64,000 nt of DNA from an uncultured Alistipes sp. (GCA_937911745.1 CALDPX010000067.1:5721-69720), one strand, 5' to 3'; counted from the first letter of the stretch, positions 39,097 to 51,476 are shown. Notes: generated by a model from the letters alone, not told the origin. Numbers and translations are program-made.

Positions 39097-39516
39097 CTAT
39101 TCAACGTAATCTCTGCGTACAACGAGTTTGGTCTCGATGGGGAGTTTCTGTGCGCCAAGACGCAATGCCTCTTTGGCTACCTCGAAGGGAACACCCTCAA
39201 TCTCAAACATAATACGACCGGGAGTAACAGGAGCAACATAGCCCTCGGGGTTACCTTTACCTTTACCCATACGAACCTCGGCGGGTTTCTTGGTAATGGG
39301 CTTATCGGGGAAGATGCGGATCCAAATCTGACCCTCACGTTTCATATAACGCACGATAGCCTGACGAGCAGCCTCAATCTGACGACCGGTAATCCAGGTC
39401 GAATCCATTGCTTTCAGACCGAACGAACCGAACGCAAGCTGGTTGCCACGCTGAGCAAGACCTTTCATGCGTCCTTTCTGCATTCTTCTAAATTTAGTCC
39501 TTTTTGGTTGTAACAT
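39097..39516 (-). CDS. rplP: 50S ribosomal protein L16
   Basis: [30 protein letters not shown]. Confidence 0.99.
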   Translation of the reverse strand: MLQPKRTKFRRMQKGRMKGLAQRGNQLAFGSFGLKAMDSTWITGRQIEAARQAIVRYMKREGQIWIRIFPDKPITKKPAEVRMGKGKGNPEGYVAPVTPGRIMFEIEGVPFEVAKEALRLGAQKLPIETKLVVRRDYVE

Positions 39517-39541
39517 TGTCTTATCTTATTTAGAAGTGTTC

Positions 39542-40285
39542 CTATTTGTTGTTATTGTTTCTCCTGCGCTTGCGGTCGCCGCGGGGTTTGCCACCACGCT
39601 GCTCGCCCTGTGCAGGACCTGCTACGGACGATGCGCCTGCAATCTCGAACAGGTCACGTTTGCCATAAACCTCACCTACGCAAATCCATACCTTAACACC
39701 AAGGATACCTACTTTGGTAAGTGCCTCAGCAAGGCAGTAGTCTACGTCTGCGCGGAAAGTGTGCAGAGGAATACGACCCTCTTTGTAGGTCTCGCTACGA
39801 GCCATCTCAGCGCCGCCAATACGACCGCTAATCTGAATCTTGATACCCTCAGCACCCATACGCATAGTCGATGCGATAGTGGTTTTGATGGCACGGCGAT
39901 ACGATACACGACCCTCCAACTGGCGAGCCAACTGGTTTGCAACGATTACAGCGTCAATCTCGGGGCGTTTAACCTCAAAGATGTTGATCTGTACCTCTTT
40001 GCCGGTGAGTTTTTTGAGCTCCTCTTTGAGCTTGTCAACCTCCTGACCACCTTTACCGATAATCAAACCGGGACGAGCGGTGCTGATGGTTACGGTCACG
40101 AGTTTAAGAGTGCGCTCGATAATGATTTTCGAAATGCTAGCCTTTGCAAGACGGGCATTCAGATAGGTACGAATTTTCGAGTCCTCAACCAAGCGGGTTG
40201 AAAAATCTTTACCGCCGTACCAGTTGGAATCCCAACCACGGATGATACCAAGACGGTTTGCAATTGGATTAACTTTCTGTCCCAT
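39542..40285 (-). CDS. rpsC: 30S ribosomal protein S3
   Basis: MGQKVNP, RPG.IIG..G, GAEMAR.E, P.HT.RA. Confidence 0.99.
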   Translation of the reverse strand: MGQKVNPIANRLGIIRGWDSNWYGGKDFSTRLVEDSKIRTYLNARLAKASISKIIIERTLKLVTVTISTARPGLIIGKGGQEVDKLKEELKKLTGKEVQINIFEVKRPEIDAVIVANQLARQLEGRVSYRRAIKTTIASTMRMGAEGIKIQISGRIGGAEMARSETYKEGRIPLHTFRADVDYCLAEALTKVGILGVKVWICVGEVYGKRDLFEIAGASSVAGPAQGEQRGGKPRGDRKRRRNNNNK

Positions 40286-40288
40286 CTC

Positions 40289-40705
40289 TTACTCAGCTGA
40301 TTTAGTTTCTACTACCATTTTGTCTACAATAATCGTAACGTGGTTGGAACGCTTACGAATGCGGTGTGCACGACCCTGAGGTGCGGGCTGAATGCGTTTG
40401 AGCATACGACCACCGTCAACCTTGATCTCTTTAACACAGAGTTTGGTATCCTCCAAACGCTCGGTGGGATTCTTAGCCTCCCAGTTGGCGATAGCCGAAC
40501 GGAGAAGTTTCTCCAACTTCACCGAAGCCTCTTTCTTCGAGTAACGGAGAAGACCCAATGCTTTATTAACCTCTACGCCGCGAACGGTGTCGGCAACGAT
40601 ACGCATCTTGCGGGGCGAGGTAGGGCAATCACGCAGCGAGGCAACAGCCACCTGCTTCTTTGCGGCCTTCATTTTCTCGGCCATTTGATATTTTCTTGCT
40701 CCCAT
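40289..40705 (-). CDS. rplV: 50S ribosomal protein L22
   Basis: SPRK.R.VAD, SAIAN, PAPQGRA..IRKR..H. Confidence 0.99.
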   Translation of the reverse strand: MGARKYQMAEKMKAAKKQVAVASLRDCPTSPRKMRIVADTVRGVEVNKALGLLRYSKKEASVKLEKLLRSAIANWEAKNPTERLEDTKLCVKEIKVDGGRMLKRIQPAPQGRAHRIRKRSNHVTIIVDKMVVETKSAE

Positions 40706-40713
40706 ATCCTACT

Positions 40714-40983
40714 TTATTTTTTTCTGTTACCGGCGTGACCGCGGAAGGTGCGTGTGGGTGCGAACTCTCCGAGTTTGTGGCCTACCATATTTTCAGTTAC
40801 ATAAACGGGTATAAACTTGTTACCGTTGTGTACAGCAATTGTCTGACCTACGAAGTCGGGCGAAATCATACTTGCTCTCGACCAAGTCTTAATTACGGTC
40901 TTCTGATTGCTCTCGTTCTGAGCGATTACTCGCTGTTCGAGCCTGGGCTCAATGAACGGTCCTTTTTTAAGTGAACGACTCAT
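40714..40983 (-). CDS. rpsS: 30S ribosomal protein S19
   Basis: [29 protein letters not shown]. Confidence 0.99.
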   Translation of the reverse strand: MSRSLKKGPFIEPRLEQRVIAQNESNQKTVIKTWSRASMISPDFVGQTIAVHNGNKFIPVYVTENMVGHKLGEFAPTRTFRGHAGNRKK

Positions 40984-40998
40984 TATGCTACTATTTTT

Positions 40999-41826
40999 TT
41001 ATTTTGTTTTCTTGGAGATAATGAATTTGCTGGTGGTCTTCTTAGGATTGCGAGTCTTGTAACCCTTAGCCAACAGACCTTTGCGCGAACGGGGGTGACC
41101 ACCACTCGAACGACCTTCACCACCACCCATGGGGTGATCAACAGGGTTCATGGTTACACCACGGTTGTGAGGTCTGCGACCGAGCCAACGCTTCCTACCG
41201 GCTTTACCGTGCTGTTCGAGGCTGTGGTCGGGGTTCGACACAGCACCAACAGTGGCGCGGCAAGTGCAGAGAACCATACGGGTCTCGCCCGAAGGAAGTT
41301 TAATAATAGCATATTTACCCTCGCGAGCCAAAAGCTGTGCGTAGGTACCAGCCGAACGAGCCAAAACTGCGCCCTGACCGGGGTAGAGTTCGATTGCGTG
41401 GATGATGGTACCCAGAGGAATGTTTGCCAAAAGCAGGGTGTTACCTACCTCGGGAGCAACGCCCTCAGTGCCGCTCATTACGGTCTGACCTACTTTCAAG
41501 CCGTTGGGAGCCAAAATGTAGCTCTTCGAGCCGTCTGCGTAAACAATCAGAGCGATACGAGCCGAACGGTTGGGATCGTACTCAATGGTTGCAACAGTTG
41601 CAGCCATACCATCTTTCGCACGTTTGAAGTCAATAACACGGTACATCTGTTTGTGACCACCACCGATGTAACGAACGGTCATCTTACCGGCGTGGTTACG
41701 ACCACCGCTGCTCTTCTTAGGCTCGAGCAACGATTTCTCAGGCACCGAGCAGGTAATATCCGTAAAGGTACCTGCGATTTTATGTCTTGTTCCCGGAGTT
41801 ACGGGATTAAACTTTTTTACTGCCAT
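40999..41826 (-). CDS. rplB: 50S ribosomal protein L2
   Basis: [31 protein letters not shown]. Confidence 0.99.
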   Translation of the reverse strand: MAVKKFNPVTPGTRHKIAGTFTDITCSVPEKSLLEPKKSSGGRNHAGKMTVRYIGGGHKQMYRVIDFKRAKDGMAATVATIEYDPNRSARIALIVYADGSKSYILAPNGLKVGQTVMSGTEGVAPEVGNTLLLANIPLGTIIHAIELYPGQGAVLARSAGTYAQLLAREGKYAIIKLPSGETRMVLCTCRATVGAVSNPDHSLEQHGKAGRKRWLGRRPHNRGVTMNPVDHPMGGGEGRSSGGHPRSRKGLLAKGYKTRNPKKTTSKFIISKKTK

Positions 41827-41833
41827 CTCTCAA

Positions 41834-42124
41834 TTAGATATTACTGTAGAAATCAATAGTATCGCCCTCTTTCAAGGTTACGATTGCTTTTTTCACTGCA
41901 TTGGTGCGACCTACCAAGTAGCCAGATTTGGTGTAGCGTGCTTTGAGCTTACCTTTGGTGTTGATGGTGTTTACGCTCTCAACAACTACGTTGTACATCT
42001 GCTCTACGGCTGCGCGAATCTCCAATTTGTTAGCCCTGCGGTCAACGATAAAACCATACTGACCGAGTTTCTCGCCCTGACCTGCCATTTTCTCGGTCAA
42101 GATGGGTTTGATAATTACATTCAT
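41834..42124 (-). CDS. rplW: 50S ribosomal protein L23
   Basis: P..TEK, ANK.EI..AVE, KKAIV.L. Confidence 0.98.
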   Translation of the reverse strand: MNVIIKPILTEKMAGQGEKLGQYGFIVDRRANKLEIRAAVEQMYNVVVESVNTINTKGKLKARYTKSGYLVGRTNAVKKAIVTLKEGDTIDFYSNI

Positions 42125-42146
42125 TGTCTGTTCGGTTTTTTAGTGA

Positions 42147-42770
42147 TTAGAAATTCTCGTTTACCTTAGCCAATGCGCTCTCGGTGAACAACATCACACC
42201 TGCGTTCATCACGTCATAGGTGTTGAGGTTGGCAGCCTGCATTACCTTCACTTTGGGAAGGTTACGAACGCTCAGGCAAATGTTGTGGTCGGTCTCTGCT
42301 ACTACGAGCAATACCTTCTTACCAGCCAAGTTGAGAGCCTCTGCCATTGCTACGAACGATTTGGTTTTGGGAGTCTCCATAACGAAATCCTCTACAACGG
42401 TGATAGCCTCTGCTTGGGCTTTCAGAGAGAGTGCGCTGCGGCGTGCAAGCGATTTGAGTTTCTTGTTCAGTTTGAAACTGTAATCGCGGGGTACGGGACC
42501 GAAAATGCGACCGCCGCCGGGGAAGAGAGGCGAGAGGATGCTACCTGCACGAGCACCGCCTGTACCTTTCTGACGTTTGAGTTTGCGGGTCGAGCCTGCT
42601 ACCTCGTTACGCTGTTTTGCTTTGTGAGTACCCTGACGCTGATCAGCCAAGTACTGCTTTACAGCCAAGTAGATAGCGTGAGTGTTGGGCTCGATACCAA
42701 AGACCTCCTGCGAAAGAACTGCTTTCTTCGAGGTCTGAGTTCCTGTGGTGGTGTAAATTGTAAGTTCCAT
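42147..42770 (-). CDS. rplD: 50S ribosomal protein L4
   Basis: Start MELTI at 42770; RQGT, QKGTG.ARAG, GGG..FGP.PR. Confidence 0.99.
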   Translation of the reverse strand: MELTIYTTTGTQTSKKAVLSQEVFGIEPNTHAIYLAVKQYLADQRQGTHKAKQRNEVAGSTRKLKRQKGTGGARAGSILSPLFPGGGRIFGPVPRDYSFKLNKKLKSLARRSALSLKAQAEAITVVEDFVMETPKTKSFVAMAEALNLAGKKVLLVVAETDHNICLSVRNLPKVKVMQAANLNTYDVMNAGVMLFTESALAKVNENF

Positions 42771-42780
42771 CTCCTCAATC

Positions 42781-43398
42781 CTACTTTTCAATGATTACAT
42801 AAGTACCTTTTGCACCGGGAACCGAACCCTTAACCAAGAGAAGGTTGTTCTCGGCAATAACTTTGAGGACTTTAAGGTTCTGAACCTTAACCCTCTCACC
42901 GCCGGTCTGACCGGGCAAGCGTTTGCCCTTGAAGACGCGCGAAGGATACGAAGATGCACCAAGCGAACCAGGTTTACGCTGGCGGTTGTGCTGACCGTGG
43001 GTCTGACCACCCACACCCGCAAAGCCGTGGCGTTTTACAACACCCTGGTAGCCTTTACCTTTCGATACACCCACTACGTCTACCCAGTCACCCTCTGCGA
43101 AGGTGTCTGCAACGGTGAGTGTCTGACCCAGAGTTACCTCATCGAACTCCTTGAACTCCACCAATTTGGCTTTGGGCGATACACCCGATTTGCCAAAGTG
43201 ACCTAACAAGCTTTTGCTGGTGTGCTTTTCACTCTTCTCGCCATAGGCAATCTGAACTGCGGAGTAGCCATCCTTCTCCTCGTTCTTGATTTGCGTAACT
43301 ACACAGGGACCAGCCTCGATAACAGTGCATGGTATATTTTTACCCTCGGCACTGAAAACGGAAGTCATTCCGATTTTTTTTCCAATAAGTCCTGACAT
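42781..43398 (-). CDS. rplC: 50S ribosomal protein L3
   Basis: GKKIGMT, DGY.AVQ, SKGKG.QG..KRH, KG.VPG. Confidence 0.99.
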   Translation of the reverse strand: MSGLIGKKIGMTSVFSAEGKNIPCTVIEAGPCVVTQIKNEEKDGYSAVQIAYGEKSEKHTSKSLLGHFGKSGVSPKAKLVEFKEFDEVTLGQTLTVADTFAEGDWVDVVGVSKGKGYQGVVKRHGFAGVGGQTHGQHNRQRKPGSLGASSYPSRVFKGKRLPGQTGGERVKVQNLKVLKVIAENNLLLVKGSVPGAKGTYVIIEK

Positions 43399-43580
43399 TT
43401 TACCTGTCTTTAATTACTTGTTGTTTGTTAAATAAAAAGTTTGTGTGTATAAAGTTTCTTCTACTTTATCGCTTTTGTTGTCCTTCTTCGGGAGCGCAGT
43501 AAGGCGGGTTCCTCGCGCGTGCGTATTTATTTATAGGTATCGGACAAGGAACCCCCTATTTTGCATCACCCCGCAGTTTA

Positions 43581-43886
43581 TCAGACTTTGATGTTTACCT
43601 CAACACCCGAGGGCAACTCCAACTTCATCAGAGCGTCGATAGTCTTGGGGGTTGAACTGTAAATATCAAGAATCCTCTTGAAGGTGCAGAGCTGGAACTG
43701 CTCGCGTGCTTTCTTGTTAACGAAAGTCGAACGGTTCACAGTGAAAATCTTTTTCTGAGTAGGAAGTGGAATAGGACCACTAACTACTGCGCCTGTCGAT
43801 TTCACAGTTTTTACGATTTTCTCAGCCGACTTATCAACCAAGTTGTGATCGTAAGATTCGAGTTTGATTCTAATTTTCTGACTCAT
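43581..43886 (-). CDS. rpsJ: 30S ribosomal protein S10
   Basis: IRIKL.SYD, GPIPLPT, REQF, LP.GV. Confidence 0.99.
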   Translation of the reverse strand: MSQKIRIKLESYDHNLVDKSAEKIVKTVKSTGAVVSGPIPLPTQKKIFTVNRSTFVNKKAREQFQLCTFKRILDIYSSTPKTIDALMKLELPSGVEVNIKV

Positions 43887-43900
43887 GGTTATTTATTCTT

Positions 43901-46015
43901 TTATTCCAATTCTTGTTTTTTGCCACCGCACTTCTCGATAACCTCTTTTGCTACATTCTGAGGTACTTCGTCGTAGTGCGAGAACTCCATAGTCGAGGTT
44001 GCGCGACCCGAAGAGAGCGTACGCAATACGGTAACATAGCCGAACATACCCGACAGGGGCACTTTGGCTTTGATTGCCGTTGCAACACCCTTGCTCTCGG
44101 TACCCTCAATCTGACCGCGGCGTTTGTTCAAATCGCCGATGATGTCACCCATATACTCCTCGGGAGTAACAACCTCCACCTTCATAATGGGCTCCTTCAA
44201 TACGGGCTGACACTTAGGAGTAGCCTCACGGAAACCGTTGCGAGCGCAAATCTCGAACGAGAGTGCATCGGAGTCTACGGGGTGGAACGAACCGTCTTTC
44301 AGGGTTACCTTCATCGAGTCGATACCGAAGCCAGCCAAAGGACCGTTTGCCATTGCCGACTCGAAGCCTTTCTGAACTGCGGGGATAAACTCCTTAGGTA
44401 CGTTACCGCCCTTAACCTCGTCAATGAACTGCAAGCCCTGAACGCCCTCGTCTGCGGGACCAATCTCAAAGATGATATCTGCAAACTTACCGCGACCACC
44501 AGACTGTTTCTTGAATACCTCGCGCATCTGGAAGGTGCCATTGAGAGCCTCCTTGTACGATACCTGAGGAGCACCTACGTTAATCTCGATACCAAACTCC
44601 CTGCGGAGACGGTCGATAATAATATCGAGGTGCAACTCGCCCATACCGCTGATAATGGTCTGACCACTATCCTGGTCGGTCTTAACCGTAAAGGTGGGAT
44701 CCTCCTCAGCCAACTTGCCGAGTGCGATACCGAGTTTATCCAAATCCTTCTGAGTCTTAGGCTCCACAGCGATACCGATAACGGGCTCGGGGAAGGTCAT
44801 CGACTCCAAGGTAATCTGCTTATCCTCAACACACAAGGTGTCGCCGGTGCGAACATCCTTGAAACCTACAACAGCACAGATGTCGCCTGCACCAATGGTA
44901 TCCATAGGATTCTGCTTGTTGGCGTGCATCTGGTAGATACGGCTGATACGCTCCTTCTTGCCCGAGCGGGTATTGAAGACGTAGGTACCTGCATCGAGTT
45001 TACCCGAGTAGATGCGGATGAATGCCAAGCGACCTACATAGGGGTCGGTTGCAATCTTGAACGCGAGAGCGCAGAAAGGATCCTCATCGGTGGGGTAACG
45101 CTTAACGGTGCTCTCGTTGCGAGGATCGGTACCAACAATAGCCTCAATGTCGAGGGGCGAAGGCAAGAACATCATAATCGAGTCCAACAGAAGCTGAACA
45201 CCTTTGTTCTTGAACGACGAACCACACAACATAGGGATAATCTGCATACTGATAGTAGCCTTGCGGATTGCAGCAATGAGTTCATCGGGAGTAATCGAAT
45301 CGGGATCCTCGAAGAACTTCTCCATAAGAGCCATATCGACCGTAGCAACCTCCTCTACGAGGTGTGCCCTTGCCTCCTCAACCTCTGCTTTCATCTCCTC
45401 GGGTACCTCCTCGTAGGTATAGTTTACGAGTTGGTCTTTCTTTGCATCGTCGTAGATGATAGCCCTATTATATATAAGGTCTATAACACCACGGAACGAC
45501 TGCTCGCTACCGATAGGCAAAGTGATAGGCACTGCGTTGGCACCAAGACGCTCCTTAACCTGTGCGCAGACATTCATAAAATCTGCACCGGTACGGTCCA
45601 TCTTGTTAACGTAACCGATACGGGGAACATTGTACTTATCTGCCTGACGCCATACGGTCTCGCTCTGGGGCTCAACACCGCCAACAGCGCAGAAAGTTGC
45701 CACAGCACCGTCCAACACGCGCAACGAACGCTCCACCTCAACAGTAAAGTCAACGTGTCCGGGAGTGTCGATAAGGTTAATCTGGTACTGTTTGCCTTTG
45801 TAATTCCAGAAAGCGGTAGTTGCTGCCGAAGTAATGGTGATACCACGCTCCTGCTCCTGAACCATCCAGTCCATAGTAGCCGAACCATCGTGAGTCTCAC
45901 CAATCTTGTGAGTCTTACCGGTGTAGAACAAGATTCGCTCGGAAGTAGTGGTCTTACCAGCATCGATGTGCGCCATGATGCCGATATTACGAGTATATGT
46001 TAAATCTCTTCCCAT
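43901..46015 (-). CDS. fusA: Elongation factor G
   Basis: [38 protein letters not shown]. Confidence 0.99.
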   Translation of the reverse strand: MGRDLTYTRNIGIMAHIDAGKTTTSERILFYTGKTHKIGETHDGSATMDWMVQEQERGITITSAATTAFWNYKGKQYQINLIDTPGHVDFTVEVERSLRVLDGAVATFCAVGGVEPQSETVWRQADKYNVPRIGYVNKMDRTGADFMNVCAQVKERLGANAVPITLPIGSEQSFRGVIDLIYNRAIIYDDAKKDQLVNYTYEEVPEEMKAEVEEARAHLVEEVATVDMALMEKFFEDPDSITPDELIAAIRKATISMQIIPMLCGSSFKNKGVQLLLDSIMMFLPSPLDIEAIVGTDPRNESTVKRYPTDEDPFCALAFKIATDPYVGRLAFIRIYSGKLDAGTYVFNTRSGKKERISRIYQMHANKQNPMDTIGAGDICAVVGFKDVRTGDTLCVEDKQITLESMTFPEPVIGIAVEPKTQKDLDKLGIALGKLAEEDPTFTVKTDQDSGQTIISGMGELHLDIIIDRLRREFGIEINVGAPQVSYKEALNGTFQMREVFKKQSGGRGKFADIIFEIGPADEGVQGLQFIDEVKGGNVPKEFIPAVQKGFESAMANGPLAGFGIDSMKVTLKDGSFHPVDSDALSFEICARNGFREATPKCQPVLKEPIMKVEVVTPEEYMGDIIGDLNKRRGQIEGTESKGVATAIKAKVPLSGMFGYVTVLRTLSSGRATSTMEFSHYDEVPQNVAKEVIEKCGGKKQELE

Positions 46016-46023
46016 CGAATCTC

Positions 46024-46500
46024 TTAGAATCTGAAGTGTGCGAATGCTTTATTTGCCTCTGCCATACGGTGCATCTCCTCTTTGCGTTTGAAGGCAGCAC
46101 CCTCGTTGTTGTAGGCAGCCATAATCTCACCGCAGAGTTTCTCTGCCATAGACTTACCTGCGCGCTTACGAGAATAAAGGACCATGTTTTTCATCGAAAT
46201 CGAAATTTTGCGCTCAGGACGAACCTCCATAGGTACCTGGAAGGTAGCACCACCGATACGGCGAGATTTTACCTCAACCTGGGGAGTGATGTTCTCCAAT
46301 GCCTGCTTCCATACTTCAAGAGGAGCCTTGTCTGCATCCTTCATCTTCTCGCCCACCATATCCAACGCATCGTAGAAAATGGTGTATGCAATACTCTTCT
46401 TACCGTCCAGCATCAAATTATTCACAAAGCGGGTAACCATAACGTCACCAAACTTGGGGTCTGGAAGTAGAATGTGCTTTTTAGGCTTTGCTTTTCTCAT
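46024..46500 (-). CDS. rpsG: 30S ribosomal protein S7
   Basis: [28 protein letters not shown]. Confidence 0.99.
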   Translation of the reverse strand: MRKAKPKKHILLPDPKFGDVMVTRFVNNLMLDGKKSIAYTIFYDALDMVGEKMKDADKAPLEVWKQALENITPQVEVKSRRIGGATFQVPMEVRPERKISISMKNMVLYSRKRAGKSMAEKLCGEIMAAYNNEGAAFKRKEEMHRMAEANKAFAHFRF

Positions 46501-46548
46501 TTTGTCTTAAATCTTTAATGTGTTCTTAACTAACTTTGTTGTGAGAGA

Positions 46549-46932
46549 TTACTTTTTGGCTGCTTTGGGACGTTTAGCACCGTATTTCGAACGACGCTGA
46601 CGACGACCATCCACACCTGCGCTATCCAATGCACCACGAACCAAGTGGTAACGTACACCGGGGAGGTCTTTTACACGACCACCGCGCACCAAAACGATTG
46701 AGTGTTCCTGCAAGTTGTGACCTTCACCAGGGATGTAGGCATTCACCTCTTTCTGGTTGGTGAGTTTCACACGAGCAACTTTACGCATTGCCGAGTTAGG
46801 CTTCTTGGGGGTGGTGGTGTAAACACGCACGCACACGCCGCGCCTCTGAGGACATGCGTCAAGGGCGGGAGATTTACTCTTCATCTCCAACTGTACCCTG
46901 CCTTTTCTTACTAACTGTTGAATAGTTGGCAT
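46549..46932 (-). CDS. rpsL: 30S ribosomal protein S12
   Basis: [29 protein letters not shown]. Confidence 0.99.
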   Translation of the reverse strand: MPTIQQLVRKGRVQLEMKSKSPALDACPQRRGVCVRVYTTTPKKPNSAMRKVARVKLTNQKEVNAYIPGEGHNLQEHSIVLVRGGRVKDLPGVRYHLVRGALDSAGVDGRRQRRSKYGAKRPKAAKK

Positions 46933-47018
46933 TTTACTGTTTTTTAGTCCTTTGTTTTGTTAAACATTTAATTCTCGTTTCCCGTAGGGAACATCGCGTT
47001 TCCCATTTTTCGGGCGTG

Positions 47019-47048
47019 CAAAGATACGGCATTTTTTCTTTTCTACAA
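47019..47048 (-). promoter_or_regulatory. str operon promoter
   Basis: TTG-N19-TATCTTTG (-); a divergent TATCTTTG at 47258-47265 (+) serves leuS. Confidence 0.7.
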
Positions 47049-47307
47049 TATATATGAGAAATTTTTTGCCCCTTTTGAGCCGATTTTTCAGCATTTTAGC
47101 CCCTTTTTGAGGCTTTGGTCAATTCTTTTTTCTTATTGTTTTTTGAAAGGTATTTGTTTTACTTATTGCTTTTTGTGGGACACTCTTGTATTTTGCTGAC
47201 AATGTGAGTATTACAAAAAACTTTGTGGGGATTTGCAATTTGCACCACAAATATGTTTATCTTTGTGGCTCATAAGGTTGTGCAAAAGAGAAAAAACTTC
47301 AAAATAT

Positions 47308-50064
47308 ATGGAATACAACTTCAAAGAACTCGAAGCCAAGTGGCAAGCAGAGTGGCAAAAGCAACAGACCTATAAGATCGATGTAGACGACTCTAAACCA
47401 AAATTTTATGTTCTGGATATGTTCCCCTACCCTTCGGGTGCGGGACTCCACGTTGGTCACCCTCTGGGCTACATCGCCTCGGACATCTACTCGCGCTACA
47501 AACGCTCCTGCGGCTTCAATGTGCTCCACCCTATGGGCTACGATGCCTTTGGTCTGCCCGCCGAGCAGTACGCCATACAGACCGGTCAGCACCCCGCAGT
47601 GACCACCGAGCAGAACGTGGCACGCTACCGCTCGCAACTCGATAAGATTGGCTTCTCGTACGATTGGTCGCGCGAGGTACGCACCTGTGAGCCAGAGTAT
47701 TACAAGTGGACACAGTGGGCTTTCCTCGAAATGTTCTCGCACTACTACGACAACACCTCCGACAAGGCTGAGCCTATCGAAAAACTCGTCGAGCGATTTG
47801 CTGTTCGAGGCACCGAGGGCTTGGATGCTGCTTGCACCGAACAACTCTCGTTCACTGCCGAGGAGTGGAACTCGTGGGGCGAGAAAAAACACGAAGAGGT
47901 ACTCCAAAATTACCGCCTTGCATTCCGTGCCGACACAATGGTAAACTGGTGCGCCGAGTTGGGCACCGTGCTTGCCAATGACGAGGTTAAGGATGGTCTT
48001 TCGGTGCGCGGCGGCTTCCCCGTTGTGCAGCGCAGGATGAAACAGTGGCTCCTTAGGGTTACCGCCTATGCACCCCGCCTCTTGGAGGGTTTGGATAAGT
48101 TGGAGTGGAGTGAGTCGCTCAAAGAGATTCAGCGCAACTGGATTGGCAAGAGCACCGGTGCTCAGGTCTTCTTCGACATTGAGGGTAGCGACAAGAAACT
48201 CGAAATTTTCACAACCCGCCCCGACACCATTTTTGGCGTTACATTTATGGTCATAGCCCCCGAACACGAGTGGGTTAAGGAGCTGACAATCTCCGATGCC
48301 CAAAGCGACGTGGAGGCATATTTGGAGGCAACGAAGAAACGCTCCGAGCGCGAGCGTATCGCCGAGACGAAACGTGTGAGCGGTGTCTTTACGGGCTCCT
48401 ACGCCATCAACCCCTTTACGGGCAAGCGTATTCCTATCTATGTAAGTGACTATGTGTTGGCTGGTTATGGTACGGGCGCTATTATGGCGGTTCCCGCCCA
48501 CGACTCGCGCGACTGGGCTTTTGCAAAACACTTCGGTTTGGAGATTATTCCCGTTGTAGAAGGCGGCAATGTAGAGGAGGCTTCCTACGATGCCAAAGAG
48601 GGAAAACTTATCAATTCGGACTTTATCAACGGTTTGGATGTGAAGGTTGCCATTGAGCGTATGTGGGACGAAATTGAGGCTCGTGGATTGGGCAAACGCA
48701 AAGTGAATTACCGCCTGCGTGATGCCATTTTCAGCCGCCAGCGTTATTGGGGCGAGCCCTTCCCCATCTACTATAAAGACGACATTGCACACCCCTTGTC
48801 GGCAGAGCAACTACCCCTCGAATTGCCCGAGGTTGAGAAGTTCACCCCCACCGCTGAGGGCGAACCCCCATTGGCTCGCTCCGAGAAGTGGCACACCGCC
48901 GAGGGCTACGCCTACGAGACCAGCACAATGCCCGGATTTGCAGGTTCTTCTGCCTACTATCTGCGCTATATGGACCCCCACAATGCGGATGCTCTTGTGA
49001 GCCGCAAGGCAAACAACTATTGGCGCAATGTAGACCTCTATGTGGGTGGTATTGAGCACGCTACGGGTCACCTTATCTACTCGCGCTTCTGGAACAAATT
49101 CCTCTTCGACCTGGGCGTTATCTGCGAGGACGAGCCTTTCAAGAAACTCGTCAATCAGGGTATGATTCAGGGGCGTTCGAACTTTGTTTATCGCGTTGTG
49201 GGTACCAACAAATTCGTGTCGCTCGGCTTGCGCAAGGAGTACGAGACGCAGGAGATTCACGTTGATGTAAACATCGTGAAAAACGACATCCTCGACCTTG
49301 ATGCCTTCCGCGCTTGGCGTCCCGAGTTCCACGATGCCGAGTTTATCTTGGAGGACGGCAAATACGTCTGCGGCTGGGCTATCGAGAAGATGAGTAAGAG
49401 TATGTTCAACGTGGTCAATCCCGACTACATTGTAGATAATTACGGTGCCGACACGTTGCGTATGTACGAGATGTTCCTCGGTCCTTTGGAGCAGAGCAAG
49501 CCCTGGGATACCAATGGCATTGACGGTGTACACAAATTCCTGCGCCGCTTCTGGGGCAAATTTTTCGATAAGGAGGGTAACTTCGCCGTAAGCAACGAAG
49601 AGCCCACTCCTGCCGAACAGAAAACCCTCCACAAGACCATCAAGAAGGTTAGGGAGGATATCGAGAATTTCTCGTTCAACACCTCCATTTCGGCATTTAT
49701 GATATGCCTTAACGAACTCGGTCAGTGCAACAAGAGGGCTGTTTTGGAGCCCTTTGCAGTGTTGCTCTCGCCCTTTGCACCCCACATCACCGAGGAGTTG
49801 TGGCACCTGCTGGGTGGCGAGGGCTCTATTTGCGATGCCGCCTACCCCGAGTTCAACCCCGACTTCTTGGTCGAGAACTCGTTTGAGTACCCTGTGTCAT
49901 TCAACGGCAAGATGAGATTCAAAAAATCGCTGCCTCTGGGTATCTCCAATGGCGAGATTGAGGCACTTGTGATGGCAGACGAGCAGACTGCCCGCTACAC
50001 CGAGGGCAAGACCCCCAAGAAGGTCATCATCGTTCCCGGTAAGATTATCAACATCGTACTGTAA
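47308..50064 (+). CDS. leuS: Leucine--tRNA ligase
   Basis: ATG at 47308 (MEYNF); MFPYPSG.GLHVGH (HIGH), [24 protein letters not shown]. Confidence 0.99.
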   Translation: MEYNFKELEAKWQAEWQKQQTYKIDVDDSKPKFYVLDMFPYPSGAGLHVGHPLGYIASDIYSRYKRSCGFNVLHPMGYDAFGLPAEQYAIQTGQHPAVTTEQNVARYRSQLDKIGFSYDWSREVRTCEPEYYKWTQWAFLEMFSHYYDNTSDKAEPIEKLVERFAVRGTEGLDAACTEQLSFTAEEWNSWGEKKHEEVLQNYRLAFRADTMVNWCAELGTVLANDEVKDGLSVRGGFPVVQRRMKQWLLRVTAYAPRLLEGLDKLEWSESLKEIQRNWIGKSTGAQVFFDIEGSDKKLEIFTTRPDTIFGVTFMVIAPEHEWVKELTISDAQSDVEAYLEATKKRSERERIAETKRVSGVFTGSYAINPFTGKRIPIYVSDYVLAGYGTGAIMAVPAHDSRDWAFAKHFGLEIIPVVEGGNVEEASYDAKEGKLINSDFINGLDVKVAIERMWDEIEARGLGKRKVNYRLRDAIFSRQRYWGEPFPIYYKDDIAHPLSAEQLPLELPEVEKFTPTAEGEPPLARSEKWHTAEGYAYETSTMPGFAGSSAYYLRYMDPHNADALVSRKANNYWRNVDLYVGGIEHATGHLIYSRFWNKFLFDLGVICEDEPFKKLVNQGMIQGRSNFVYRVVGTNKFVSLGLRKEYETQEIHVDVNIVKNDILDLDAFRAWRPEFHDAEFILEDGKYVCGWAIEKMSKSMFNVVNPDYIVDNYGADTLRMYEMFLGPLEQSKPWDTNGIDGVHKFLRRFWGKFFDKEGNFAVSNEEPTPAEQKTLHKTIKKVREDIENFSFNTSISAFMICLNELGQCNKRAVLEPFAVLLSPFAPHITEELWHLLGGEGSICDAAYPEFNPDFLVENSFEYPVSFNGKMRFKKSLPLGISNGEIEALVMADEQTARYTEGKTPKKVIIVPGKIINIVL

Positions 50065-50072
50065 TAGAGAGT

Positions 50073-50109
50073 GTTCGGTGGGCGCAGCAAGTCCACCGAA
50101 CTTGCTTTT
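50073..50109 (+). terminator. Hairpin plus U-rich tract between leuS and mntP
   Basis: GTTCGGTGGGC-GCAGCAA-GTCCACCGAAC-TTGCTTTT. Confidence 0.6.
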
Positions 50110-50136
50110 ATAAACCACCCGAACCCGAGAGAAACA

Positions 50137-50715
50137 ATGGATTTTTTGTCGCTATTTTTGATTGCTGTGGGGCTGTCAATGGACGCCTTCTCGGTGGCTA
50201 TCTGCAAGGGGCTTGCACTGCCTCGTGCGGGAGCGGACAAGTGCTCCGTTGTGGGTTTGTGGTTTGGTGGTTTTCAGGCACTTATGCCCATTCTGGGCTA
50301 TTTTGTGGGCATACATTTCAAGGACGCCATAGAGAGTTTCGACCATTGGCTTGCCTTTGCACTGCTGGCACTCATCGGTATCAATATGATTCGCGAGGCG
50401 CTCGGCAAGGAGGAGGACAATGCGGAGAACAAAGGGTGTGAGGGCAACCCCCTGGCGGCTCGCAAAATGCTGCCTATGGCTATTGCCACGAGCATTGACG
50501 CCTTGGCTGTGGGTGTGGGTTTTGCCTTTTTGGGTGTCGACATATGGCTCTCGGCACTACTTATTGGCGTTACGACCTTCGTGCTGTCGGTTGTGGGTGT
50601 GAAAATGGGAGGCGTCTTCGGTGCTAAGTATAAGTCGAAAGCCGAACTCGCCGGCGGCATCATCCTCATACTGATTGGTCTTAAAATCCTCCTCGAACAC
50701 ACCATTTTTGCCTAA
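50137..50715 (+). CDS. mntP: Manganese efflux pump MntP family
   Basis: ATG at 50137; GLSMDAFSV, FG.FQ..MP, DHW, ATSIDALAVG, GG.ILI.IG.KIL.EH. Confidence 0.93.
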   Translation: MDFLSLFLIAVGLSMDAFSVAICKGLALPRAGADKCSVVGLWFGGFQALMPILGYFVGIHFKDAIESFDHWLAFALLALIGINMIREALGKEEDNAENKGCEGNPLAARKMLPMAIATSIDALAVGVGFAFLGVDIWLSALLIGVTTFVLSVVGVKMGGVFGAKYKSKAELAGGIILILIGLKILLEHTIFA

Positions 50716-50751
50716 TGGCAAGAGAGGTCGAACGTCTAACGTCAATAGTCG

Positions 50752-50785
50752 CGGGCTCGGCACTTTTGCCGAGCCCGAAATTTTT
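50752..50785 (+). terminator. Hairpin after mntP
   Basis: CGGGCTCGGCA-CTTT-TGCCGAGCCCG-AAATTTTT. Confidence 0.65.
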
Positions 50786-50792
50786 AGGAGGA

Positions 50793-50898
50793 TAAGGAGT
50801 TTAAGGACTTTAACGACCTTAACTACCCTCCACTAAATTAGGAGTGGGGATATGGTTGTGGAACTCCCGTATCTCTCATATCTCCCATTTCTCCCACA
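50793..50898. repeat. Two degenerate 9-bp tandem arrays
   Basis: TAAGGAGTT/TAAGGACTT/TAACGACCT/TAACTACCC (50793-50828) and four TCTCCCATA-like units (50863-50898). Confidence 0.6.
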
Positions 50899-50904
50899 AA
50901 AACA

Positions 50905-50934
50905 CTCGCGGGTATCTTTTTTGATACCCGCGAG
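50905..50934 (-). terminator. 12-bp hairpin, probable terminator of the AT-rich gene
   Basis: CTCGCGGGTATC-TTTTTT-GATACCCGCGAG; followed on the minus strand by TGTTTTTG. Confidence 0.6.
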
Positions 50935-51071
50935 CAAATAAGCAACCGTTTGACTTAAAGAGTGGTAGATGCCAACCGCCCACCTCGCTGTGGTCGTGGC
51001 AAGACGAGCGCACATTACGCTCGTTAAGCCAATTGGTTCCAACTGATTCATCATTAAACTATAAGTGGACT

Positions 51072-51476
51072 CTATTGCCTTGTTAACCCCCAAACAACTG
51101 GATCTATTTCTTCATCAACATATTCCATTCCCACATATTCTGTGCACGACTTATCGGAAAAGAAGAAACGAACAACATACACCATTTCCATACCAATCCT
51201 ATTGCGCATTTTAAACTTATGGACGATACTCCATTTAGATGGGATCTGTTTTGTTTTACGAAGACCCAACACATCCTCAAAACCGGTTCCTGCAAATATA
51301 TCTTCAAATTCAACTTGCCCCCAAGCATAGGGTTTGTATGAATCACCTTGAATAGACTCTTTTAATTGTGTCTTTACCGTTCTTTTTGCATTATAGTTCT
51401 GCAAGTCAACTTCATTGCAACCATTCATCAATAACAGTACAATACAGATAATTAGCAATTGTATGCCCCTTCTCAT
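51072..51476 (-). CDS. Hypothetical lipoprotein, AT-rich
   Basis: ATG at 51476: MRRGIQLLIICIVLLLMNG-C-NEVD; 134 aa; visibly more AT-rich than the flanking genes. Confidence 0.75.
   Translation of the reverse strand: MRRGIQLLIICIVLLLMNGCNEVDLQNYNAKRTVKTQLKESIQGDSYKPYAWGQVEFEDIFAGTGFEDVLGLRKTKQIPSKWSIVHKFKMRNRIGMEMVYVVRFFFSDKSCTEYVGMEYVDEEIDPVVWGLTRQ

Noticed and set aside
43887..43900. No tuf between fusA and rpsJ
   Set aside because: Normal Bacteroidota gene order.
43913..46003. 696-aa plus-strand ORF antisense to fusA
   Set aside because: In-register shadow of a highly codon-biased gene; no recognisable motifs.
46549..46932. Streptomycin-resistance substitutions in S12
   Set aside because: PKKPNS and RVKDLP are the wild-type motifs.
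50833..51093. 86-aa minus-strand ORF downstream of the AT-rich gene
   Set aside because: Runs through a terminator hairpin and nonamer repeats; no motif support.
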